Assembly: GCA_963663765.2 (NCBI GenBank)
Contig: CAXXUA010000004.1
Location: 128,001-192,000, forward strand
Reading direction: 5' to 3'
From: Candidatus Poribacteria bacterium
GTDB taxonomy: Bacteria; Poribacteria; WGA-4E; WGA-3G
DNA: 64,000 bases
Part shown: one piece after another, positions 29,398 to 40,400 of the stretch
How positions within the stretch are numbered: position 1 is the first letter of the stretch
Layout: every line of letters starts with the position of its first letter
Position numbers and translations under genes: made by a program
Notes under the pieces: model-generated
Seen by the model: only the letters and a program-made list of their open reading frames with translations
What the model was told of the DNA's origin: nothing
Database searches by the model: none

Positions 29398-32300
29398 TTA
29401 GTTTTCGATGTCTTTTATGACCATTTTTGAGATTCGTGCCAAAACAGCAAGACGAAATTCGGGATTGTAATCCACGTCAAATTCATCAAAAACACTTGTA
29501 ATTGCCTTTACAACTTTTTCTGATTTTTCTTCATCAGACAAGATTACCACGCGTTCTTGTTCGTTTTCATTTGGCGTTGTGATCCCAATTCGTATAGTCT
29601 CACCTGCAATATCTGTGTGATTTATTTTATCATAAGATACGGCTTCAAAATGTCGGAACTTTCTTGCTAATTGAGAGAGATTAATCTCAAATTGTGCTTT
29701 ATCTGTGTCTATCCATGATGCGGGTGGTTTTTTGGCAAGAAAAGTGCCGATTGATTCAATCCAACCCGTGAAGTCATGTCCTTCACTGTATAGATGGATT
29801 AGGAATCCTTTCAGTTGCGTCTCAATCACGATCTCTAACAAGGGTTCTGCCCTTGTAGCTAATTCTGCACGGAGTTGTTGCCCTGTTGACTCCAATGTAA
29901 ACACAGCTGCAAGCATCCGCTCCAGCGAATTTAGTAATCCATCATAAGCACTACCGAGTTCGGAAAGTGCGTCTTGCAATGTGTTGAAAAAGTCTGAAAG
30001 TACCTTTGAGTCTGCTTTTTCAGTACCAAAACTTGGGAATCCGAATGCATTTGGTAAATCCTTAAAAAGGAGATCGTCAGGTTCGCTTGCTTTGCTAACG
30101 ACATTACGTATATTCTTCGCGTTGTCACTCAACTCTTGTGTTTTCAAAGTGTAGTTTGGAAGTTGCGCGATGAACCGCATCAACGGTGTGACGATTGTCA
30201 ATAGGTCAGGATTTTTGGATTCCACAGGTTGATTTAGCATTTTCAGAAAACGTGCAAAAAGGTCAGCGCGTATCCCTGCCATCCGAAATCTTTTTATTTC
30301 AAATTGTTCTGGTGCTTTAATCAACCGTTCAAAGACTGGTATTGATAAGTCAGCAACAAAAGAACCTTTTTCGTAGAGTGCGATTTCTGTTCTGTAATGA
30401 AGAATCACGGCGCATAACAAGATCGGGAGTGGACCATTTCTGACTCCATAAGGTGGTTGTTTGAGGTAATTATATAGGTTTTCAATAGGTTGCCGTGACG
30501 ACTCACAATTATTGAGAAAAGTGTCAATTGCTTTCCAAGTGTAATTTAATTTGTTCTGGTCATCTGGTTTTGGTGGGTGAAATCCCCAAACACCTGATTC
30601 ATAACGGTGTATACCCGTATTCCATAATAGGGATCGATAGATACTCATTTCGGGTGGATAACCGATGATACCGAGATTTTTCTTGTCACCGTTTTCAAGC
30701 ATTGCTTGAATTAGTTTCCTTCGGGCGTTAGTTGAAGCTCCTGAGACTTTACGACGATTGATCAGTTCATTTTGAATGTATGGTGTTTCAGGGAATACCT
30801 CATCACAGATTCTTGATAAATATTTGTTTCTTGTACGTTCGGAATCAATGTTGGTTTGCAAACCTTTATGATACCACATGCATGTATCTTTCTTGTCAGC
30901 ACCATAGATTGCCGATATTCTTTCAGATACTTCTCGTTCAGCATCAGCGAATCGTTTTTTGAGTTCGCGTCTTGCAACTGCATCACCTTCAAGCTCGGGA
31001 GTGTTGTCCTCTACCCAATGTAAATATGCGAGTTGTGTGACTGCATTGGCAAGAAATCCGATGGTGCGTGGAATTGCAATTAGAACTTCCTTACGTTCTG
31101 CAATGTTGATGTTAGTTGCCTTATCTGTAAGTTCCTTAACCTCATTTTCGTTTGCTGGTAAAGCGTAGAGAATAAATCCATCTGCATCCTCAAGAGGCTG
31201 ATTCAAGTCTGAATCAAAACTCTCACAATCGGTGTAACGAACGTTGAAATATCGCAAGGTGCCTGTTTGGTGTAAGTGTCGTCTTGCAACAAGTGGACGT
31301 GTTGGTATGTATCGGGATAGATCCGAGACTAGTGTTGCTTTTGTGTCAACATGTGTTTCTGCATCACGTAGTTTTTCTTCAATATCAACATCGCTTCCTT
31401 CCCAAATTGCGTATATATTGTTATATCTGCGATAGGTTATTATTGAACGTTTTTCCAGATAAGTTAGTGCTTTTGAGAATTCGGAGTCAAATTCTGTTGT
31501 ACCGTTGTCTAATGCGTAATGGAGCAGATCTTTTGATGGTTTCAGATTTGGTATTGCTTCACGTACAATACCGAGTAATCCTATTGTTTTTATCAAATTG
31601 AGCGTAACATCTGAAGGATTTTGAAGTTGCATTATTGCCGAATCAATTTCTGCCCACTTCTTACCGTTGCTTGAAGTAAAGAGTTCGTTACCTTGTGTAG
31701 CATCAAGATAGTCGTATAGGTCAGCGAGGGTGTACATTGGAAGAGTAGCACCGTCGTAATGTTTTTGGGACAGGTAATCTTGTAATCCATTAGGTTCACT
31801 GGAATTAAGAAAAGCAAACAGTGAACGTTCGTTTTGAGCAAAACGTTTAAAAAGAGGTCCGATGAGCAATGCAACTGTAGGATGTAGCGGTAGACACTCT
31901 TGTAACAGGTGTGAAAATACGTTTTCATTTAGTTGTTGTGGAATTAATCCTAATTCAGTTGCAGTACTTAGGTTTTCTTTAGAGATAATCTCATAAGGTT
32001 TCTCAAGTGCAGCACCTACTAATCGCAGCACCTGTTCGGTTGGTTCGGTAAAAACTACGTCTTCAAATCTACCCTGAACCTTTGTCCATTCTTCCCGTTG
32101 CGATTGATCTGTACGTAGTGCGTAAGCCTCAAATGCTTGATGTAGAATAGTCATCAAAAACAACGGAGTCTGTTGGCTTCGGTCTGCTAATTCAGCAAGA
32201 CTTTGAAGGATAAACATATCACCTTGTGACGGATTTTGTGCTGCAAACTCAAGAAATTTACCGAGTTCATCTATTATGAGTAACAGACCGGATCCACCTG

Positions 32301-32880
32301 AGTCACATATTTGGTTGGTTGCAGATTCATATAAGTGTGTTACATCAGAAGCAGTAGGTAGGGAATCATTATTTGCAGTTTCCAAGAGTGCTTTAAGTTC
32401 CTGCTGTAGTGAAATAGATATATTTGTTCCGTTAGAATTTGTAAGACCTCGATCTAAACTGCGTAATAATGCAAGCGAGAGCGGTGCACGTTCACCCGTT
32501 ATGAGAACGGGACAGAATCCAGAACATGACTGATTTCCATTACCGTTTGTGTTTTTGAATCGTTCATATAGCGAAGTATCACCACGTTCTAATAGTTCTA
32601 AAGCCTGTTGTGCTGTAGTAGAATTTGAATTTCCTAATAATTTGGCAGCAAATAGTGCAAAGGCTGATTTACCTGACCCGTAGGGACCAGTGAGTGACCA
32701 TGCTTTAGATGTTGACCCATTTTCAAGCGTTGAAATTACACGCGATAACATCTCACGTGCTGTAGCGGTCAGGACATAACCATCTATAGCATTGTCTTTA
32801 TAAAAGTCGCGTTCAAGATGGACAGAACGACGAAAACGTCCCTTTACATGAAAAAGATCAGACAATGGTACGTTAGCCAT
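29398..32880 (-). CDS. sspC: SspC-like large P-loop ATPase
   Basis: FRRSVHLERD, TGPYGSGKS, IIDELGKFLE, PLHP and AQNERSLFAFL motifs. Confidence 0.85.
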   Translation of the reverse strand: MANVPLSDLFHVKGRFRRSVHLERDFYKDNAIDGYVLTATAREMLSRVISTLENGSTSKAWSLTGPYGSGKSAFALFAAKLLGNSNSTTAQQALELLERGDTSLYERFKNTNGNGNQSCSGFCPVLITGERAPLSLALLRSLDRGLTNSNGTNISISLQQELKALLETANNDSLPTASDVTHLYESATNQICDSGGSGLLLIIDELGKFLEFAAQNPSQGDMFILQSLAELADRSQQTPLFLMTILHQAFEAYALRTDQSQREEWTKVQGRFEDVVFTEPTEQVLRLVGAALEKPYEIISKENLSTATELGLIPQQLNENVFSHLLQECLPLHPTVALLIGPLFKRFAQNERSLFAFLNSSEPNGLQDYLSQKHYDGATLPMYTLADLYDYLDATQGNELFTSSNGKKWAEIDSAIMQLQNPSDVTLNLIKTIGLLGIVREAIPNLKPSKDLLHYALDNGTTEFDSEFSKALTYLEKRSIITYRRYNNIYAIWEGSDVDIEEKLRDAETHVDTKATLVSDLSRYIPTRPLVARRHLHQTGTLRYFNVRYTDCESFDSDLNQPLEDADGFILYALPANENEVKELTDKATNINIAERKEVLIAIPRTIGFLANAVTQLAYLHWVEDNTPELEGDAVARRELKKRFADAEREVSERISAIYGADKKDTCMWYHKGLQTNIDSERTRNKYLSRICDEVFPETPYIQNELINRRKVSGASTNARRKLIQAMLENGDKKNLGIIGYPPEMSIYRSLLWNTGIHRYESGVWGFHPPKPDDQNKLNYTWKAIDTFLNNCESSRQPIENLYNYLKQPPYGVRNGPLPILLCAVILHYRTEIALYEKGSFVADLSIPVFERLIKAPEQFEIKRFRMAGIRADLFARFLKMLNQPVESKNPDLLTIVTPLMRFIAQLPNYTLKTQELSDNAKNIRNVVSKASEPDDLLFKDLPNAFGFPSFGTEKADSKVLSDFFNTLQDALSELGSAYDGLLNSLERMLAAVFTLESTGQQLRAELATRAEPLLEIVIETQLKGFLIHLYSEGHDFTGWIESIGTFLAKKPPASWIDTDKAQFEINLSQLARKFRHFEAVSYDKINHTDIAGETIRIGITTPNENEQERVVILSDEEKSEKVVKAITSVFDEFDVDYNPEFRLAVLARISKMVIKDIEN

Positions 32881-33811
32881 AATACCCCTCTAATAAATGT
32901 ACTGGATTTACATCTCTGTATCTGTACACCTGTTTAAGGTCAGCAGTTTCATCGTATCGCAGTGCACCGTCTGTCAATAGTTCAAGTTGTTCTAAATATA
33001 GTGTCATTGAATCTTCATCTAATCTGTAAATACTGCCGGGACTCAATGGAGCAGACATAATACTCGAAAATGTTAGTGAGTCCCTTTCGGAGAAACCATT
33101 ATCCCAAAATGCCATCAATGTTGCTGTGAAAACTTCAAGTGGTAATGTTCCTTTTTCTCCTCGTTGAAATTCATATCCCTCACCATCAGGTTGTTCAGTA
33201 ATTAGATTTAGTTCAACCAGAGGACAATCAAAGGAATCTTCCACAACAGCAGTGACATTCCGCGATTGGCAATAGGTTCGGGTAAAGCAATTGACATCCC
33301 GTTGCAGAGTGTTTTTAGAGGGTGTACGCAAAGATGGTTTTTGCAATTTAGCCCAATCGTACATTACGTCTATGAATGTATCGTGAACAAATTGATTTTT
33401 CTTTAAGATGTTAAATGCCCAATACCATGTAGTCGCTTGATTGACATTGGTGGCAATTTTCCAGTGTATCAACCACAAGGTAGCAGGATCATCAAGGTAT
33501 GGATCATATCCCTCTTCATCATCAAAAATAGCTTTACCAAGTTCTGTAGGGATACAACGATCACGTGCTGCTTGATTAGTGTAGATTAGTCCTGCAACAC
33601 GACACCAGTGCCGAATAGACTGAACCATGTTTTTCCCAACACCTAATACTATTGTTGCGTTATCGGATGAAAAGATATTTGGATCTTCTGCCACAGCATC
33701 AACGCCCTTTTTCAGCCATGTATACCGAAATGGAAAGGTTTGGTGTCCTGAAAAGGACGGATTAATTTGATATTGTGAAGATGGATTTTCAGCGAGTAGT
33801 AGGTTTTCCAT
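32873..33811 (-). CDS. sspB: DUF4007 protein SspB
   Basis: FSGHQTFPFRYTWLKKG, LGVGKNMVQSIRHW and DPYLDDPATLWLIHW motifs. Confidence 0.92.
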   Translation of the reverse strand: MENLLLAENPSSQYQINPSFSGHQTFPFRYTWLKKGVDAVAEDPNIFSSDNATIVLGVGKNMVQSIRHWCRVAGLIYTNQAARDRCIPTELGKAIFDDEEGYDPYLDDPATLWLIHWKIATNVNQATTWYWAFNILKKNQFVHDTFIDVMYDWAKLQKPSLRTPSKNTLQRDVNCFTRTYCQSRNVTAVVEDSFDCPLVELNLITEQPDGEGYEFQRGEKGTLPLEVFTATLMAFWDNGFSERDSLTFSSIMSAPLSPGSIYRLDEDSMTLYLEQLELLTDGALRYDETADLKQVYRYRDVNPVHLLEGYYG

Positions 33812-33865
33812 ACGAATTATTATACCATAAGCGGAACAAAAATGGCAATGTAACTTAACACAATG

Positions 33866-34259
33866 CAGGGTTAGTCAGTTTTAGGTATTTTTGATGATTA
33901 TTTGCTATGACGTTAATTTTATGTGTTGCCATCTTGTCCGTGTCTTTAGTCCCGTAGGGACGATATGTTTATAGAAAAATGTTATCTAACTCTCTTGAGT
34001 TCCGTAGGAACGGCATAGAAGAATAAACATATCGTCCCTACGGGACTAAAGAGCTGGGGAGGGTATTCGTTTTCTATAAACATATCGTCCCTACCAAATC
34101 AACGTCAAATGCGCGTATGGCATTTGTCGGGACTAAAGAGCGATGTTCATGTTTCAATAATCTAAAACTGATGCAGAAAGTTCGGTTAGGAAATCGAACC
34201 TGGGTATTAACTTTTAGTAAATCTCAATAACAGAAAACTCTTAAAACTAAATAACCCTG
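33866..34259. mobile_element. ~390-bp MITE-like element with internal GTCCCGTAGGGAC hairpins
   Basis: CAGGGTTA...TAACCCTG termini; inverted copy at 41860-42219. Confidence 0.85.
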
Positions 34260-34575
34260 ACAAAAAGTGCAAAGGTTTTCAATTTTCGAAATGACCTTTT
34301 GCGGTAGGGGTTTGCAATCTCTATTTTCTCTATATCTGGAGGCGGGGAATACTTCAGGTTGTGTACCTTAGTACTGATAGCGGAAAGTTTTTAGTTGTTT
34401 GTTTTTCGGTTTTTTTCATTTTGTGTTCTCGATCGTGTTGTGGTATGCGTTTATGTCGGTTTTGTAAATTTACGGAATTTTGAAAAAATCAACTATGGTG
34501 AAATATGAAAATAATTGGACACTAACAGGTAGGTGCGCCCTCCTTGTCGTGACTGTTTTTATACATGGTCTATAT

Positions 34576-34720
34576 ACGGTCGCGACCGGGAGGTCGCTCC
34601 TACCAAAGCGAGGAACGGTCACGACCGCGAGGTCGCTCCTACCAAAGCGAGGAACGGTCGCGACCGGGAGGTCGCTCCTACCAAAGCGAGGAACGGTCGC
34701 GACCGGGAGGTCGCTCCTAC
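34576..34720 (-). repeat. 39-bp tandem GTAG-type REP, about 4 copies
   Basis: Unit on - is GTAGGAGCGACCTCCCGGTCGCGACCG plus a linker. Confidence 0.88.
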
Positions 34721-34821
34721 CTGTAGAAATGTGTAATTAATTCCATAATTTACCATATATCTAATATATGTCCAATACAATTGGTTAGATTTCTATGGTT
34801 GAAAATGTTGTTACAATCAAA

Positions 34822-35838
34822 TTATTTTTCTGTATCAATTGGCATTGCGTGATCAGGGATTTCCACGCCTTGATCCTTCCAAAACTTATATGCCCCCCGA
34901 TGTAGCGGAATAAGAAATGCTTTTGATGCATTTTCAATTGTCATATCGGATGCAGCTAGATTTGTTTGGAGCATAATTTTATGTCCTTCCTCTGTATAAA
35001 CGTGCTTGAGGATATTATAGATAATCTCCTCTGATACAGCCTTGTTTGCAACGAGGACGGTTGGCATGACGATAGTCTTTACGGGTTCAACTTTACCCTC
35101 ATAAGAACCATCAGGTAATTTACCAGAAAAATAATATGGGTATTTGTCATAGAGACCGTACTTTCTCGCTGGCGTGTCAAGATCAAGCATACGTATAGAC
35201 TTTATGGTCGTCAATTCAATAATGGCATTGTTCGGCACACTGACAAGCCAGAAAAACCCTTTTGCATTTCCATCTTGGAGTTCTTTTCCGCCGTTAGTGC
35301 CACCCCTATATATCGGAGTGAACTTCTTCCAGATACCCGCGGACACAGCCAGTCGTTCTAAAGTCTTTGCAGTGCCAGAACCGGACGCACCACAAGCGAT
35401 CTTTTTACCGACGATATCTTCAAATGTGTGGATATCGCTGTTCTTAAGTGTTGAGAATTGACCGTAGGCATAATAAAGTAGCGTCACCATACGGATGTTC
35501 GTTTTTGGTTCTTCATCAGCAAACGCCTCTTGACCGTGATAACCGAGAGAACTTTCAGAAGCGAAGACCACAGCAAGTGCATTTTCCTTTTGGTTAACAC
35601 GACGCGTATTTTCAATTGAACCTGCAGAAGGCACAACAGAAATCTTTACATCTGGCACATGATGTTTCGCAACTTGTTTTATACCACCGGCAAATTGCGA
35701 GAAACTTCCACCGATAGCACCGCCATATATTGTTAGCCACTCTTTGTTCTTACTATCACTGCAGCCAATATAGACTGTCGAGAAAATGAGAATAAGACTA
35801 CAAAAAACCGCAAAATATTGATTTAACTTTTTCATCAT
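34822..35838 (-). CDS. TAXI-family TRAP transporter solute-binding lipoprotein
   Basis: PSAGSIENTRRV, GASGSGT and IPLHRGAYKFW motifs. Confidence 0.9.
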   Translation of the reverse strand: MMKKLNQYFAVFCSLILIFSTVYIGCSDSKNKEWLTIYGGAIGGSFSQFAGGIKQVAKHHVPDVKISVVPSAGSIENTRRVNQKENALAVVFASESSLGYHGQEAFADEEPKTNIRMVTLLYYAYGQFSTLKNSDIHTFEDIVGKKIACGASGSGTAKTLERLAVSAGIWKKFTPIYRGGTNGGKELQDGNAKGFFWLVSVPNNAIIELTTIKSIRMLDLDTPARKYGLYDKYPYYFSGKLPDGSYEGKVEPVKTIVMPTVLVANKAVSEEIIYNILKHVYTEEGHKIMLQTNLAASDMTIENASKAFLIPLHRGAYKFWKDQGVEIPDHAMPIDTEK

Positions 35839-35874
35839 AAGTCCACCTTTTTATTTCCAATGAAATAAAGAATT

Positions 35875-36255
35875 TCACTGATTCCTTTTTTTGTAATAGA
35901 GATAAACCCCTACAACACCTGCGATTGCCCCGACTACATCCGCAACCCAATCTGCTATTGTAGCAAACCTACCGGGAACATACATCTGATGGAACTCATC
36001 ACTTGCTCCATATAGAATTGAGATGAGTGCAGCAGTAATCCATATCCATTTTGTGGGGAAACCCTTTGGAGGTGCTTTGACAAGTGCTATTGATAGCAAC
36101 ACGCTGAGGATGCTATATTCTATGAAATGATAGAGTTTGTCAATTGTCAACCACTCAAACTTTGGCATCGGCAAGGGTGGTTGTTGCATTGACGAGATGA
36201 CAAAAATGAGAACCATGTAGAGAATGGGTGGGACCCAATATTTAAGAAAGTGCAT
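35875..36255 (-). CDS. VanZ family membrane protein
   Basis: DKLYHFIEY and [20 protein letters not shown] motifs. Confidence 0.92.
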   Translation of the reverse strand: MHFLKYWVPPILYMVLIFVISSMQQPPLPMPKFEWLTIDKLYHFIEYSILSVLLSIALVKAPPKGFPTKWIWITAALISILYGASDEFHQMYVPGRFATIADWVADVVGAIAGVVGVYLYYKKRNQ

Positions 36256-38209
36256 TGAGTATTGCATCTACGTCGTAGACACATCCTCCCCAGGTTCCGC
36301 CCCCGATAGCTTGCAATGCAGCCCAAAGTCGTGTGTCGTCAGGTATCTGTTCATCTGGAGATAGGTCGGGACGTTGTTTCCTTTGTGTCAATATACTTTC
36401 GCCCGTAGCAGTACCGAACAGGTCATCACCATGTCCTACCAAGTCAATACTACCGATCAACGTACGAGTATCAATCTCTATTTGGATAATATCTCCGTCA
36501 AGGACTTTTCCGATTGGACCTCCAGCAAGTGCCTCTGGACCAACATGACCGATACACGCACCTGTAGATACACCTGAAAAACGTGCATCTGTAATTAATG
36601 CGATACGTTTCCCAAATGAGAGATGTTTGAGTGCCGCAGTGAGTTGATATACTTCTTCCATACCTGTACCTTGTGGACCACGACAACACAGCACCATGAT
36701 GTCCCCTGGTTTGATATTGCTTTCTCCTTGTCCTTTGAGTGATTGGATCGCGTCAACTTCCCGAACAAACACACGCGCTGGACCTGTCATCCGATACACG
36801 CCATCGGAGTCAACGACACTCGGATCGATTGCAGTGCTTTTGATAACAGAACCCTCTGGTGCAAGGTTTCCTCGTGGGAATGTAACAGTGCTTGTTAATC
36901 CTGCATTCTGCGCTGCATCTGGATTCAAAATCACTTCATCAGGGGCAATATTGTCAAGGCTACTAAGCAGTTCTCGGACGCGTTGCCGTCTTTCAGATTT
37001 CTCCCACCAATCAAGATTTTTACCGAGTGGTTCACCAGTTACTGTCAACACATCTTCGTTTAGCAACCCATCCATCTCGCGTAAATGTAACATCACCTCT
37101 GGCACTCCACCTGCAAGAAACACACGTACTGTTGGATGTCCTACTGGTCCATTCGGAAGCACATCTACGAGACGCGGCACCTGTTGATTCACTTCTGTCC
37201 AATCATCTACGGAGGGGCGTTCGAGTCCTGCAGCGTGTGCGATCGCGGGGATATGTAAAAGCAAGTTTGTTGATCCGCCGAATGCCGCATGCACTACCAT
37301 TGCGTTCCGAATTGCTTTGGGTGTGACAATATCCTTCATTGTTATCCCTTTCGCTGCCAAATTGACGACTGCTCTTGCAGATCGCAAACCCATATCTGAC
37401 CATATATTTTGCCCAGATGGAGATAACGCAGTGTGGGTTAAACTCATACCTAACGCTTCTCCGACAACTTGTGACGTTGCAGCAGTTCCCAAGAATTGAC
37501 ATCCGCCACCGGGTGTAGCACATGCACGACATCCCATGTCTGCGGCATCTTGTAGACTAATCTCTCCGTGTGCGAACCGTGCCCCGATTGTCTGTATCTT
37601 TCCTGCGTCTTCACCTGTGGTCGGGGGTAAAGTTACACCTCCCGGGACGAGTACGGTTGGCAGTTCTCGCATGGATGCAAGTGCCATCATCATTGCGGGT
37701 AATCCTTTATCGCAGGTTGCTACACCGACAACACCTTTTCGTGTGGGTAGTGAACGGATAAGTCTGCGGAATATCTGAGCTGCATCGTTGCGATAGGCGA
37801 GACTATCCATCATACCGACAGTGCCTTGCGTTCGTCCATCACAGGGATCGGAACAGTAGCCAGCAAACGGAATTGCTGCAAGTTCTTTGATTTCACGTGC
37901 AACTGCTTGCATCAGTAGACCTACTTCCCAATGTCCTGTATGGTATCCGAGTGCAATTGGACTACCATCGGGTGCGCGAATTCCGCCTTGTGTGCTGAGT
38001 ATCAGAAACTCCTCACGTCGTAGTTCTGCTGGTGCCCATCCCATTGCTGTGTTGTGACTCAAGCCAAAAATATCACCACTTGGACGGTTGAGTAGCATCT
38101 CTTCTGTGAGTGGAAGACTACCTTCTGGTCCCTTAGCGTGTGTCTGAATGTCGTAAATGTCGGTGTCGCCAGTTTCTAAGATTTCAGTGTAGTTTATTGG
38201 TTTTTGCAT
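36242..38209 (-). CDS. YjhG/YagF-family D-xylonate dehydratase (IlvD/Edd)
   Basis: [28 protein letters not shown] and [11 protein letters not shown] motifs. Confidence 0.93.
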   Translation of the reverse strand: MQKPINYTEILETGDTDIYDIQTHAKGPEGSLPLTEEMLLNRPSGDIFGLSHNTAMGWAPAELRREEFLILSTQGGIRAPDGSPIALGYHTGHWEVGLLMQAVAREIKELAAIPFAGYCSDPCDGRTQGTVGMMDSLAYRNDAAQIFRRLIRSLPTRKGVVGVATCDKGLPAMMMALASMRELPTVLVPGGVTLPPTTGEDAGKIQTIGARFAHGEISLQDAADMGCRACATPGGGCQFLGTAATSQVVGEALGMSLTHTALSPSGQNIWSDMGLRSARAVVNLAAKGITMKDIVTPKAIRNAMVVHAAFGGSTNLLLHIPAIAHAAGLERPSVDDWTEVNQQVPRLVDVLPNGPVGHPTVRVFLAGGVPEVMLHLREMDGLLNEDVLTVTGEPLGKNLDWWEKSERRQRVRELLSSLDNIAPDEVILNPDAAQNAGLTSTVTFPRGNLAPEGSVIKSTAIDPSVVDSDGVYRMTGPARVFVREVDAIQSLKGQGESNIKPGDIMVLCCRGPQGTGMEEVYQLTAALKHLSFGKRIALITDARFSGVSTGACIGHVGPEALAGGPIGKVLDGDIIQIEIDTRTLIGSIDLVGHGDDLFGTATGESILTQRKQRPDLSPDEQIPDDTRLWAALQAIGGGTWGGCVYDVDAILNALS

Positions 38210-38329
38210 TTATGAGTTTTCTCTCCTATTTGCATTGAAGACAACTTCATTTTTTTTTGGAATAGGCATAAATTTATTTTTTGAGACATCCACGGTAATC
38301 CCCATTTCCGCTTCATGGCATGAAATAGA

Positions 38330-39312
38330 CTAGTGCTTAGTCACGTGCTTATTGATGGGTCTAAAAAGAAGTCGGGAATCGGAGTTCCCTCCTACAATAC
38401 ACACAATACACAAGACTTCTGTAGGACCAATCTCCTAATCTCAACCTACAATAGTATGTTGACTCAACACTAGTGCTTAGTCAACTGTTTATTGATGGGT
38501 CTAAAAAGAAGTCGGGAATCGGAGTTCCCTCCTACAATACACACATTACACAAGACTTCTGTAGGAGCGATCTCCTAATCTCAACCTACAATAGTATGTT
38601 GACTCAACACTAGTGCTTAGTCACGTGCTTATTGACGGATTTAAAAAGAAGTCGGGAATCGGAGTTCCCTCCTACAATACACACAATACACAAGACTTCT
38701 GTAGGACCGATCTCCGAATCGCGACCTACAATAGAATGTTGACTCAACACTAGTGCTTAGTCAACTGTTTATTGATAGGTGTAAAAAGAAGTCGGGAATC
38801 GGAGTTCCCTCCTACAACACACACAATACACAAGACTTCTGTAGGACCGATCTCCGAATCGCGACCTACAATAGAATGTTGACTCAACACTAGTGCTTAG
38901 TCAAGTGTTTATTGATAGGTGTAAAAAGAAGTCGGGAATCGGAGTTCCCTCCTACAACACACACAATACACAAGACTTCTGTAGGACCAATCTCCTAATC
39001 TCAACCTACAATAGTAGGTTGACTCAACACTAGTGCTTAGTCAACTGTTTATTGATGGGTCTAAAAAGAAGTCGGGAATCGGAGTTCCCTCCTACAATAC
39101 ACACAATACACAAGACTTCTGTAGGACCAATCTCCTAATCTCAACCTACAATAGTAGGTTGACTCAACACTAGTGCTTAGTCAACTGTTTATTGATGGGT
39201 CTAAAAAGAAGTCGGGAATCGGAGTTCCCTCCTACAATACACACAATACACAAGACTTCTGTAGGACCAATCTCCTAATCTCAACCTACAATAGTATGTT
39301 GACTCAACACTA
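38330..39312. repeat. Seven tandem 140-bp units joined by CTAG
   Basis: Units start at 38330+140n. Each has AGTGCTTAGTCAA/TTGACTCAACACT termini and two GTAG-REP hairpins. Confidence 0.95.
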
Positions 39313-39373
39313 TAACTCCAAACCACTCTAAATATGTGAGGACAGATCTGTATCTGCTTTTTTTGGTATTCCT

Positions 39374-39814
39374 CTAAATTTCTTGTGGTTCTATTTTTAC
39401 AGTTGAAAGTAAAACAAGGGAACGTCGTAACGTGCTAAATGCTTGCTTTCGTTTGGATTTAGAGAGATCGTTTTTGGACGAAACTGTAATCAGTGAATGT
39501 GATAAATTCTTCGGAAAATCTAAAATAGGTGCATAGATTACATCCACAGTGTGATTATCTATTGTTATTCCTCGGACTTCACCAGCAATAAGACTAACGA
39601 TACCATCAGTGTCATGCAACTTTGACGTTTTAGGGTCATAATTTTTCAGTTTAGCGCGATCAACGGAGGGTTGCTGATCTCTGTCAAAAAAAGCCTTGGA
39701 ATTGATTTCGACTTTTCCTTCGTTATTATGGGAATAACGTTGTATGTGGTCATTTATTGGCAAGCGTCGATAAAGTTCTTCATCATCCTCAACAAAATCG
39801 TTCTTATTCATCAA
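39374..39814 (-). CDS. Putative ADP-ribosyltransferase/RES-like toxin
   Basis: DDEELYRR..SKAF..PSVDR..GIVSL..VDVIYAP..NLSHSLI; R...S...H pattern judged by eye. Confidence 0.5.
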   Translation of the reverse strand: MMNKNDFVEDDEELYRRLPINDHIQRYSHNNEGKVEINSKAFFDRDQQPSVDRAKLKNYDPKTSKLHDTDGIVSLIAGEVRGITIDNHTVDVIYAPILDFPKNLSHSLITVSSKNDLSKSKRKQAFSTLRRSLVLLSTVKIEPQEI

Positions 39815-40400
39815 GAAACCATTCCCAAAGCGTTAGATGATTTTCCCTGTTAAGTGAGTCCGTTTGTGTCATCGTATTGTCACTTGTCCTCCATATCTTG
39901 GTATACCTCGTCTCATTTTCTTGTATATCAAAACATAAAGACCGTTTGTCATTATAGCATTCAAAGGTTATATAACCATCTTCATCGCTACAGATGAAGG
40001 GTTCAAGTTGTAGGAGTCTGGCAGAAATGAAATCATTGTCCAGCAATTCTTCTATAAAATGCTTTGCTCTGTTTATAGTTGGCTCGGTTGGTTTTTTTGA
40101 GTCGTATCCATCCCAGTCATCTTCCCGTTGTGCTATCACTGCTAATCGCTCTACTATTTTACGTTTTTGCCAAGATAAAAGAATTGTCTTATAAAAGTCA
40201 TTTCTTACTATATTTGCGGATGTGGATCCCTCTTGTTCTAAAGTAGTGGTGTCAGTGTTGAATGAATCCATTACGCTTGATAGAAAATGGTATTCATCAG
40301 ATTCTGTAGTTGTATTGATGAGTTCAAAAGACTTCGGTTTTACAAGTAGAATATTGGTATCCTCATGCTCCAGACTCTGCCAATGTTTCGCGTAAGACAT
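39804..40400 (-). CDS. Hypothetical protein with WDGY motif (putative antitoxin)
   Basis: EDDWDGYDSKKP..DEDGYITFE; overlaps both neighbours; start uncertain (40400 or 40469). Confidence 0.6.
   Translation of the reverse strand: MSYAKHWQSLEHEDTNILLVKPKSFELINTTTESDEYHFLSSVMDSFNTDTTTLEQEGSTSANIVRNDFYKTILLSWQKRKIVERLAVIAQREDDWDGYDSKKPTEPTINRAKHFIEELLDNDFISARLLQLEPFICSDEDGYITFECYNDKRSLCFDIQENETRYTKIWRTSDNTMTQTDSLNRENHLTLWEWFLDE

Noticed and set aside
34480-34740. Small ORFs over the 39-bp repeat
   Set aside because: These are REP-derived translations with no coding evidence.
38330-39312. Second CRISPR array
   Set aside because: Units are near-identical over their full 140 bp, with no unique spacers.
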